NCBI GenBank assembly: GCA_028534125.1
Contig: CM052816.1
Span: forward strand, 50,284,001-50,348,000
Origin: Lama glama
Lineage: Eukaryota
Direction of reading: 5' to 3'
DNA: 64,000 nt
The notes under the pieces were generated by a model that was not told the DNA's origin, searched no databases, and saw only the letters and a list, made by a program, of their open reading frames with translations. A program made the position numbers and the translations under genes. This document shows, one piece after another, positions 53,556 to 64,000 of this stretch; the stretch's first letter is position 1; the number at the start of each line of letters is the position of its first letter.

Positions 53556-55189
53556 AACTAGGGAGGTGAGAGATATCTCATTCATGTTACACCTTCAGTC
53601 TTTAGTATATATACGTTTATATAGATTAAATTATAATTATAATTGTTGAATAAACAAATACATATAATTTCACCGAGGTTTTAACTGTATACAAAGTCAT
53701 GCAAAACTGTGAGTTTACAGTGTTCAGTAGAATTCAGTATTGAGAAAAACTGACTAGAGGCTTTAACAGGCTAATAGTAATGTTATTAGTGGCCATATAT
53801 AGTGAATAGCTGAATTTGTTTTATAATTAGGTTCCCATTCAATGACTCACAACAATCAAAAGTTATGCAGATATCAAAAAAAGAAAAAAAAGTCTTCAGC
53901 CAGAACAATTTACAAATAGTAAAATAACTGTTAAGTGTGAAAGTACTGACCATATAATAATAAATAGCTTACCAGTACAAGCTCATTACTTTTCTAATTA
54001 AAAATACAATTCACATATTTGCAATTATTATCTTTAAAAGGGTTGTTTTATTTAAAAATCATACATACCAGGTAATGAATTGTTCACTAGCTCATAGAAA
54101 TAAGTTGAATCTCACAGAGACTGAATATGAATGCTTCTGGTGAACATCTAAGCTGGTTTCCTGGTCTTTGTGCCACTTTAATTTGACTTAATCATGAGTA
54201 ATAAGGGACAGTATCACAACACATTACATTTCTTGACATCTTGATCATGGATGATGAATGACTTGATAGAGGCCATTCTTCAGGGATCACTACACCTCCG
54301 CAATTATATTATGTTTCTATCCACATTCTATGATTCCATTTAATGCCATGAAATAAGCCCTCCATACCTGTGCCTGTAAGGTAGACAGATCTAACTCACC
54401 CACATACTTTATATTATAAAGTATCAAGCTGTTTGTATGTTTGTTTTCCAACGTGTACTTGAGATTAACAGCAATTTGGAAAAAAAAAAAGTTAACATAT
54501 TAACCTTATTAACAAATATTTGCTATGGATTTATAGAACATACAAGGTTACCAAGAAAAATAATTTAATCTAAGTTTTTCTATGTTAATAATATAAATAT
54601 TTCCACGAAGGAGGGGGATCTAAAATCTCTGACAGCACTTACTGTCAAAAGATTTGGAAATTTTCTTGATGTACTTTGCTATATGTCATTTCAAAAAATC
54701 TGATGAAATTTGTGGCAAATTTTGCAACTCTAAAAAAATGAAGTGAAACTGATAAATTTATAGTGGCCATAATGCTCAAAACTATTGTTTACTGAACAGT
54801 GGAATGACAGTGTCTACTGAAAGCTGTTATCAGCTACATCATTTAAATTACTATCTCTTTCCATTTTGGGTACAGAGAAACCAAAAATTTTACTTACTTG
54901 TCTACCATGTGGAAAGATCATGCTTTTTAAAGGAATATATATTAAAGTAACATTTACTCAAAGCAAAAGTCCACAGTGCTAGGAGACATTTGAAAATCAA
55001 AAGAGAGAGATCTGGAGCAAGGATGTGCTTAGACAATAATTAAATAATACTGATGGAGAAGAACATTTTATTTAAGATTATATTCTTGTCTAGACATCAG
55101 ATGTCCAGCAATTCTTAACTCATAAGGTATTAATAACATTTAAATGACACATAAAATTACTCTCCTTATGAAACATACTTTAGTGAAAA

Positions 55190-55660
55190 AGGAGACAAAT
55201 AAAATAAATTAGCATATAATATTTTAGAGAGTGAAATGTTCTTTAGTGAAACGTTCACCAGAGAAAATTTTAAAAAGGAAGTGGAGCAGGAAAGGATTAC
55301 AATATTATATAGTGTGGTCAAAGATGGTCTCACTGAGAAGTTGAAACATGAGCTAAGGTGTGAAGGAGGGAGCAAGTCGAAATCTAAAGGAAAAGCATTG
55401 CAGGCAGAGGAATGCTTGTGCAAAAGCAGGGCTACAACTGATGTGTCTGAAGATTAAGCAGAAGACTGGTGTGGCTGGAATAGAGTAAGCAAGAGGGAGA
55501 AGAGAAGATGAGCTCAGAGAGGTAAATGGGCAGATGGGTAAAAGCTGGGAGGCAGGTGGGTACCAACATAAATATCCTGCAGCCACAGACTGAACACATC
55601 TGTCATGAGAAATCTGTACAGTGAGATACTTTTGGAGCCATAGCAAGAATAGGTTAGATC
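55190..55660 (-). mobile_element. L2 fragment
   Basis: gtggtcaaagatggtctcactgagaag...gcattgcaggcagaggaa...gtgtggctggaatagagtaagc. Confidence 0.7.
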
Positions 55661-56373
55661 TAAATGGGTTGGTATTAAAAGATCTCCTTGGATAGGGTAA
55701 GCACTGTGCATATCCCATGATCCCATTTGTGTATATTGATATGTGATCTTTATGTCAGAAAAATGCTTTCTAAAAGGAAACACAAGAAACAGTTAATAGC
55801 AGGAAGCTTTAGACAGAAGATCCAGAGGTGGGTTGAAGTATGAGAGAGGTTCTTACTTATCATTTTATACTTTCCTATACTTATAAAAAAATCATCTCAT
55901 ACTACTTTTACTTCAAAAAGACAAGAAAAAGAGCTATTTGTCTAGCTGTAGCATGGTCTCCTTTCAGTCAAACCTCATCAGCAGTTGACGTAAGAGTTTT
56001 GCCTTTTGCCCTTTGGATGCCATCTCAGCATCCTCACGTGAATTTTGCAAATGTTCTGTTTCCTAACTTCCTTTCTCAGAGCTTATTCCAATGATTTTAC
56101 CAAGTCCTAACAGTTTCACTAAGAAGAGTCAGTTCCTCAATTTCCTCTTGGCTAGTTAGCAACTATGCCAATCTTAGCACTTTCATTTATGTAACTTCTC
56201 CATGCTGACTTCTGCACCAACCAACTAGAATCACACATCTGACTACGTTCCCTCCTGCAGAAGTGGTGACATCTTGTGTCCTGATGACAGCCTGAGGTAG
56301 AACATTCCTAGAAGCCCACTAGAGCCCAGTCTGTGTTTACCTGATGACTTTATGAAGTAGCTAATGCCTTACA

Positions 56374-56959
56374 TGTATTAATTTTCTGTGGCTAAATTCT
56401 AACAGACTTGGGGGCAAACAGAAGAGAAATTTACTCTCTTACAGTTCTGGAGGCCAGAAGTCTGAAGTGAGTCTCATTGGGCTCAGACTAAGGTACTGGT
56501 AAGGACTCCAGAGGCTCTAGAGTAAACCCATTTCCCTGCTTTTTCCAGCATCTAGAAATGCCTTTCTTGCATTCCTTGGCTCATGTCCCCTGCAAGAGCA
56601 CCTTAGTATCTCCTCTCTCTGCCTCTGCTTCTATCACATGGCCTCCTTCTTTTCTGCCTGAAATCTCCCTCCTCTTCCTTCTAAATAAGGAATCTTGTAA
56701 TGACATTTAGGGTTCATCGGGATAATCCAGGATAATTTCTGCATCTCATTATCCTTAATTTAATCACAGCTGCAAAATGCCTTTGCCATTTAAGGTAACT
56801 AACATTCATGGGTTCCAGAGGTTAGGACTTGGATGTCTTTGGGGGATGCCTTCTTCTTTCACAGGTCACCACATGGGGAAACATGGTCACAGGTTCCAGT
56901 ATGAGGAAGCTGACATCTTGGGGAGGGGGCTGGGAAGACACATTATTCTACCTGCCACA
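56374..56959 (-). mobile_element. MLT1 (MaLR) solo LTR
   Basis: tgtattaattttctgtggct...acagttctggaggccagaagtctgaa...gataatccaggataat...cattattctacctgccaca. Confidence 0.87.
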
Positions 56960-57521
56960 GAAAGGGTATAGAATACATGTGAAACCACGATACAAAAATA
57001 ATGAAAATAATGAAACTTTTGGTGCTGCCAGGAGGACTTTTTTCTTTGATCACCTTCCCTATGTCTGGCCTGTCCTTCCTATTTAGCTCTGACGCCTGCT
57101 CCTCTCCCAGAGCAACCTCCTGCTAGAGCCAATCAAATCTCAACAAGAGATCAAACGGTCTCCCTTCATCTTGCTCACCCGGATGGAACGGCCCCTTCCT
57201 TCCTCTCCCTACAGCTCAATTCTCCCTCTTGACTGCAGTGACCAACAGAAATCTTTCCCACTCCCTAAAATCTACCCTCATCACTTCAGCTTAAAGGGAG
57301 TTTGGGGATCTTGTAGTGTTCCCTTTACCACCATGAGATTTATGACCATGTGCAGTTACCTCCACATATGACCACATCTCTATCCCCAGAAGGAATGTAA
57401 GCTCCTGCGTATCAGCTACTCTGATTTGCATTCACAAGTAGTTAATGATTTGTCATTTCTGAATGTACCAAAAGGAAATTCAGGCTACTAAGCTTAAAGA
57501 ATATATCTACTTTTTTTAAAC

Positions 57522-57605
57522 AGTGCTTTTTAAAATTCAGGTATAATTGACATATAACACTGTATAAGTTTGAGGTATATAACATGTTGGTTTGATATAT
57601 TTATT
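57522..57605 (-). mobile_element. Short L1 3'-end fragment
   Basis: ggtataattgacatataacactgtataagtttgaggtatataacatgttggtttgatat. Confidence 0.75.
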
Positions 57606-60269
57606 AGCATACATCTATTTTTCTATGTCTAGAATATGTGTATTTTTCTCTATACTTCCCATAACATAAACATTAGTTTTGAAATTTATTAATTTCCTAT
57701 GCTTTCACTTTACACTTAGACTAGTTACTAATTTCAAAGAGATGACAGTGGATGGTGTGTAAAAATTCCTTTTTTGCTAAATCCTTAATCCATTTGTGAG
57801 AAGATCCCCAAATAATTCTTCCCATTCCAAAAGCACAGAAAAATCACAGTCCTCTATGTATTAATAAAAGTAGCTTAACAGAGCCCAGAGAAAATTTCAG
57901 TTTTGATATTTCAATGTTTCTTAATTTAATGTGATTGCCATGAATAGCCATCTCAAAATGGCTAATATTCTCTAAAGAGTTGATCCTTGCTATGCAATAA
58001 ATAAAAAAGAAGGTTCTCATATCATGAATTCCCACATATGGAACTATGGAAAACTCAAATCAAATTTGGGTATTGGGATAAAAATATTAACTGAAATAAT
58101 TATGACTCAAGACTAAATTGCACAAAGCTTTAGCGATTATGCAATCTAAAATTTAGTGAATGACTTGTGGCTTATACAAGGAGTAAATGTCAGTTTGAAA
58201 CATTTCATTTAAAAATATGTCTAGGATTCTATCTACCGTTATTTTAAGTTTAGGAGATACTACTTAACAAGACTCTTTTTCTATTAAGGTAACAAACATG
58301 CCAAATGTTACAAGTACTTTCATTTTCTCAGAATGTAAAAAGTAAATACTTGCAAAGGGAACTTTTAAATTAAGGATAAAAAAACATGTTCAAAAGTGTG
58401 GAGGGCCTTTGGCATTGACCCTTCTAAGGAATCCAGGTAACTGTTTTATAAATGCCTATATCCATGTATTAAATAAGATTCCCATGTTCTCCAAAGTATA
58501 AATGTTTAAAAGTGGTCTATTTCCATAATACGATACTGACTTCTTCCCACACACATATTTTTTCATTCAAATATCCCATACCATGTTCTATGACTTCCAT
58601 CGACATGCCTATGCATCTGTGCATTCATTTATCCATGACATTTCGGTCTATTACATTAAAGGAAATAGACTGCTCACAATAAGTCAATGCTTTCTTAGTA
58701 ATTTGACCACGTAAGAGTTTCTCGCTGGACTCAAACTTCACTTCATAGGTGGAACTCCTTCAAATGCAATCTTGTAGAAGCAGTATAATAAGCAAAGCAG
58801 TAAGAAGTTGAACTGCTTGGCAATGAGGGACAGGAGGTAGGAGAAAGGCCCTTTCATTTGCCACCAGCTCCCTCGCTTCTTCAAAATACACTTGACAGTT
58901 CTTTAGGGCTTCATGAAACATAGTTGGAAAAAGAGGAATATATAACATGCTCTAGTAAGACTCACAGTATACTGTATGCTTTATAAAGACTTTCTTCACA
59001 AAAAGTAAAATACAAGGTTCAATCACTTAGTTATTTGATCTGGAATTTTCTATCTGGAATACCACATGGTTCTAAACAGCCAATCTTTTAGAGTGTGTAC
59101 ATGTAGTAAAAAGCTGAATCCATAACCACAAGATGCCTCTTCGCTGTCACCTTATTTTTCTAATTCTCTCTTTCAATCTTCTGCTACACACCACATTTCA
59201 ACTAAAAAAGAACTGCTTTCTGCTCCTCACACATATTTTGTGTTTTCAAATTTCTGTGCTTCTGAATCTGTCATTCTCTGATAGGATTCTGCCTTGTATC
59301 CACTGTTCACCAACCCAGCTCTTCATTGCTTTCACATGAAGCTTCCTGACAGTCATGACTGAGTATGCCCTCCACCCTGGTCTATGACACTCTGCTTATG
59401 ATTCTCTTAAAACAAATAAAAACATTCTTTTAAAGTTTTCTTAAGATATGTAACCTATTTTGCCTTAAAATATAGATTTTGTTCATTTGTTCATCCCTCA
59501 GCTAAATTATAAGTACGTTCAGGGAGCTACACTAAGGAAAGCTGGTAACCCCTCAATGTTGGAAATAGTGTGAATCTTTCAGAATTGCTTATCAAAAGGC
59601 CATAGACAGAAAAATGGATCTATTCTATACAACTCTTCTCCTGACCCCAAACCCCAAACAACTGGCAGAAACAAAGTATAACTACTTTTTAGAAAAAAAG
59701 GAGTAAATATTACTAGTTTGAATTAGTAAAATTAAAAATTCCGTAAGAATTCCTTGAGCACTTTTAGAATTCTTCTATTATCAAGAAAGTGTGCTGCATT
59801 GAAATACTCCAGGAAAAAGTCTTGTACCTCTGTTTAGTATTTGGCCAGGGTCAGGCTAGAATACATAGCAGGGGGGCAGAGAATGGAGGAAACAATGCTT
59901 TCCCTTGGGCATGGTAGAAGCCTTGAATCCCTAACATGAGCAATACTGGCAACTTACTCCCACGGAAGTAAGGTCTGCCAAGAGTTGAATGTTGAAATAT
60001 TTTGGAGTTACAAAATTTCCCTTTCTCCTTTCGCCCACTTTTTGTTGTTCTGTTCTCTGCTCTGTATCTTGTGCCTCATGAGGGAAGAAACGAAGCCGCA
60101 AAGATGAGTCAGGGTTTCCATTACCTCTGATGGAGACATTGGCCGGGCTGAAGCATTTCAGTGATGCAGATGCCTGTTGCCTAATTAGCCCTTTCACTGC
60201 AACTGGGGAGGGAGGCTGCCACTGTGGCTTTTCTCATATCATCCACTCTCCAGTAGCGCTAGATATTGC

Positions 60270-61339
60270 TTTTTTTTTTTTTAACTTTTTAAAAATTGAA
60301 TTATGGTCATTTTACAATGTTGTGTCAAATTCCACTGTAGAGCAAAATTTTTCAGTTATATATGAACATACATACATTCATCGTCACATTCTGTTCCGCT
60401 GTGATCCACCACAAGATCCTGTATGTATTTCCCTGTGCTAATCAGTACAATCTTGTTTATCTATTCTACATTTTGAAATCCCAGTCCCTTCCCACCCCCC
60501 ATACCCCTGGCAACCACAAGTTTGTATTCTATGTCTTTGAGTCTGTTTCTGTTTTGTATTTACGCTTTGTTTTTGTTTTTTGTTTTTTTTAGATTCCGCA
60601 TATGAGCGATCTCATATGGTATTTTTCTTTCTCTTTCTGGCTTACTTCACTTAGAATGACATTCTCCAGGAGCAGCCATGTTGCTGCAAATGGCGTTATG
60701 TTGTCGGTTTTTATGGCTNNNNNNNNNNNNNNNNNNNNNNNNNNNNNNNNNNNNNNNNNNNNNNNNNNNNNNNNNNNNNNNNNNNNNNNNNNNNNNNNNN
60801 NNNNNNNNNNNNNNNNNNNNNNNNNNNNNNNNNNNNNNNNNNNNNNNNNNNNNNNNNNNNNNNNNNNNNNNNNNNNNNNNNNNNNNNNNNNNNNNNNNNN
60901 NNNNNNNNNNNNNNNNNNNNNNNNNNNNNNNNNNNNNNNNNNNNNNNNNNNNNNNNNNNNNNNNNNNNNNNNNNNNNNNNNNNNNNNNNNNNNNNNNNNN
61001 NNNNNNNNNNNNNNNNNNNNNNNNNNNNNNNNNNNNNNNNNNNNNNNNNNNNNNNNNNNNNNNNNNNNNNNNNNNNNNNNNNNNNNNNNNNNNNNNNNNN
61101 NNNNNNNNNNNNNNNNNNNNNNNNNNNNNNNNNNNNNNNNNNNNNNNNNNNNNNNNNNNNNNNNNNNNNNNNNNNNNNNNNNNNNNNNNNNNNNNNNNNN
61201 NNNNNNNNNNNNNNNNNNTGTCTTTTTATTTTACTTATGGTTTCCTTTGCTGTGCAGAAGCTTGTAAGTTTCATTAGGTCCCATTTGTTTATTCTTGCTT
61301 TTATTTCTTCTAGGAGAAAATTTTTGAGATGTATGTCAC
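60270..61339 (-). mobile_element. Young 5'-truncated L1 spanning an assembly gap
   Basis: Poly(T) at 60270-82 and a 3'UTR. After the gap, ORF2 reads [34 protein letters not shown] on the minus strand. Confidence 0.92.
60719..61218. other. Assembly gap (500 N)
   Basis: Run of N. Confidence 1.
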
Positions 61340-61624
61340 AAATATTTTATTGCAACAAAGCAAAAGGAAATTTTCTCTAGAGATTATCTAAATGACTACA
61401 TATTTGGGAGGGCACTCAACCCTTGATTATCTAGTAGAAAATAAACTAAAGTAATAATTAACCATAAAGAGGGTATTTGTAAAGAAATGAAAATTACTAT
61501 GAGCAAAACATCTACATACAAAAAGATATTTGTAGTAATGAGTAGGATGGCACAGAGCCTAAGATAAGATAACCTGATAGGCCAGTCCCTATTCCTCAGC
61601 TCATACAATAGGACTTGTGGGATA

Positions 61625-63645
61625 CAGGCAGGCCTCAGAGATATCGTGGGTTGGGGTCCAGACCCACTGCAATAAAGTGAATATTGCAATAAAGTGAGTC
61701 ACACTATTTTTTTGGTTTCCCAGTAAATATGAAAGTATACTGTAGTCTACTGTACTGTAGTCTACTAAGTGTGTAATGGCAATGTCCAAAAAATGATTAT
61801 GTCTTATTTAAAAATGCTTTCTTGCAAAAAACCAGAATCAACACTTTCTTTGCTCATCCATAAGAAGGAACTCCTCATTCATTCAAGTTTTATCATGTGA
61901 TTGTAGCAATCCAGTCACATCTCCCACTTCTAATTCTAGTTCTCTTGCTATTTAACCACATCTGCAGCTGCTTCCTCTACTGAAGTCTTGAACTGCATAA
62001 AGTCATCTATGAGGGTTGGAATCAACCTCTTCCAAACTCCTGTGAATGCTGATATTTTGACAGCTTCCCATGAAACACAATGTGCTTAACAACATCTAGT
62101 ACGCTGAATCCTTTCTAGAAGATATGTAACCTACTTTGCCCAGAACCATCAGAGGAATCACTATCTTTGGCAGCTATATCCTTATGAAATGTATTCCTTA
62201 AATAATAAGACTTGAAAGTCAAAATGACTTCTTGATATAGGCTGCAGAATGGAGGCTGTGTTTGCAGGCATGAAAGTGACATTAATCTTCTTGTACATCT
62301 CCGTAAGAGCTCCTGGAATACCAGGCGCATTGTCAATGAACAGTAATATTTTGAAAGGAATCTTTCTGAGTGGTAGGTCTCAACAATGGGCTTAAAATAT
62401 TCGTAAACTAGATGGTAGATGTGTTACCTTTCCAGACTTTACTGCTCCATTTACAGACACAGGCAGAAGTAGATTTAGCATAATTCTTAAATGCCCTAGT
62501 TTTTTCGGAATTGTAACTGAGCACTGGTTTCAAGTTAAAGTCACCAGTTGCATCAGCCCTTACCTAACAAGAGAGTCAACCTGTCCTTTGAAGCCTTGAC
62601 GCCAGGTATTGACTTCTCCTCTCTAGCTATGAAAGTCCAAATAGTATATACTTCCAGTATGAGGCTGTTTTTTCTACATTAAAAATCTGTTGTGTAGTGT
62701 AGTCACCTTCATTAATGATCTCAGCTAGATCTTCTGGCTAACCTGCTGCAGCTGCCACATCAGTACTTGCTGCTTCACCTTGTAACTTCACATTTGTAGA
62801 CGGCTTCTTTTCTTCAACCTCATGAACCAACCTCTGCTAACTTCACACTTTCCTTCTGCAGCTTTCACATCTCTCTCAGACTTCACAGAATTGAAGAGAG
62901 TTAGGTCCTTAGTCTGGATTAGGTTTTGGCTTCATGGAATGTTGTGGCTGGTTTGATCTTCTATCCAGACCATGAAAACTTTCTTTTTATCAGCAATGAG
63001 GCTGTTTTGCTTTCTTACCTTTTGTGTGTTCACTGGAGTAGTGATTTTAATTTCCTTCAGGAACTTTTCACTTTTACATTCACAGTGTAGGTGTTTGGTA
63101 CAAGAAGCTCAGCTTTCAGCCTACTTCTGCTTTTGACATGCATTCCTCACTAAACTTAATCATTTCTAGCTTCTAATTTAAAGTGAGAGATAAAAGACTC
63201 TTCCTTTCACTTGAACACTTAGAGGCCATTTTAGGGTTATTTATTGGCCGAATTTCAACAGTATTGTTTCTCAGGAAATAGAGAGGCACAAGGAGAGAGA
63301 CAGAGATGGGGGAACAGCTGGCCAGTAGAGCAGTGAAAACACACACATTTATTGATGAAGTTTGCAGTCTTAGATGGACCTGGTGTATAGCATCCCAAAA
63401 CAACTACTATTGCCTCAAAGATCACTGATCATAGATCACCATAACAAATACAGGAACAATGAAAATGTTTGAAATATTGTGAGAATTACCAAAATGTGAC
63501 TCAGTGTCATGAAGTGAGCAAATGTGATTGAAAAATAACTTGCTTTACACAGGGTTGTCACAAACCTTCAATTTGTTTAAAAAAAAAAAAAAGCAATACC
63601 TCAGAAGCACAGTAAAATGAAGCTCAATAAAACAAGATATGTCTG
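61625..63645 (-). mobile_element. Tigger1 DNA transposon with a degraded transposase, both TIRs present
   Basis: TA-flanked ends caggcaggcctcagagatat / aataaaacaagatatgtctg. Transposase remnants MASKCSSERKSLLSLTLN (ORF 63173-63403) and [29 protein letters not shown] (ORF 62115-62336). Confidence 0.93.
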
Positions 63646-64000
63646 TATTCTAATACCATAGAGCAAGGACTCTGGTTGAACCTCATTACAGGTAGCAATG
63701 AAAGAGGAAGGAAGCACATGTCTGCTTAATTCAAGTCTCATAAATACAAGGATCTTTACTAAGAAGTTGTTTAGCACCCCAATACTTTCTGGTTGACAAC
63801 TTATATGGTCTTAAACCAAAGTACTTGTATTACTTTTACAATTTTGAGTAATATCTGTGGATTGTCTTCTGAAGTACTAGATTATTAATAAATTTATTTT
63901 GTGTTAAACTGTTAGTTTTATAGTTTCGTTTTAGTCACAATTCTGGCTAATCTGCTATTTATTTTCTATCTATTCATCATCCCGTTTATGCCAGTAATCA

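Noticed and set aside
58690..58948. Protein-like ORF (EALKNCQVYFEEARELVANER...) as an XRCC4 exon
   Set aside because: It does not match any XRCC4 segment I recall and lacks convincing flanking splice sites; at most non-coding unique sequence.

Overview
Mammalian genomic DNA, most likely camelid: it carries three tRNA-Ala-derived vic-1-type SINEs and lineage-type L1 3' ends. The only coding sequence I can support is the terminal exon of XRCC4 on the minus strand (24724-24835, ...[21 protein letters not shown]), which the ORF track misses. A ~0.5 kb 3'UTR follows it, with an AATAAA at 24202-24207. Positions ~24836-64000 are inferred to be part of the very long last XRCC4 intron; I recognised no upstream XRCC4 exon. 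Positions 1-24180 are downstream intergenic DNA, which by mammalian synteny should lie toward VCAN (inference). The rest is repeats (L1 of several ages, L2, MIR, MLT1 solo LTRs, Tigger1, a Tigger2-type MITE, MER53) plus two 500-N gaps inside young L1s. Nearly all listed ORFs are spurious or repeat-derived. I found no evidence for a new multi-gene system. The best second-look items are a U6/L1 chimeric retrocopy with target-site duplications (TSDs), an 18-nt in-frame ORF2 deletion shared by the two youngest L1s, a 28-nt L1 micro-insertion, two twin-primed L1s, changes in the XRCC4 phospho-tail and a weak candidate alternative last exon. Boundaries of old repeats are approximate, and family names are from recall, not a database search.
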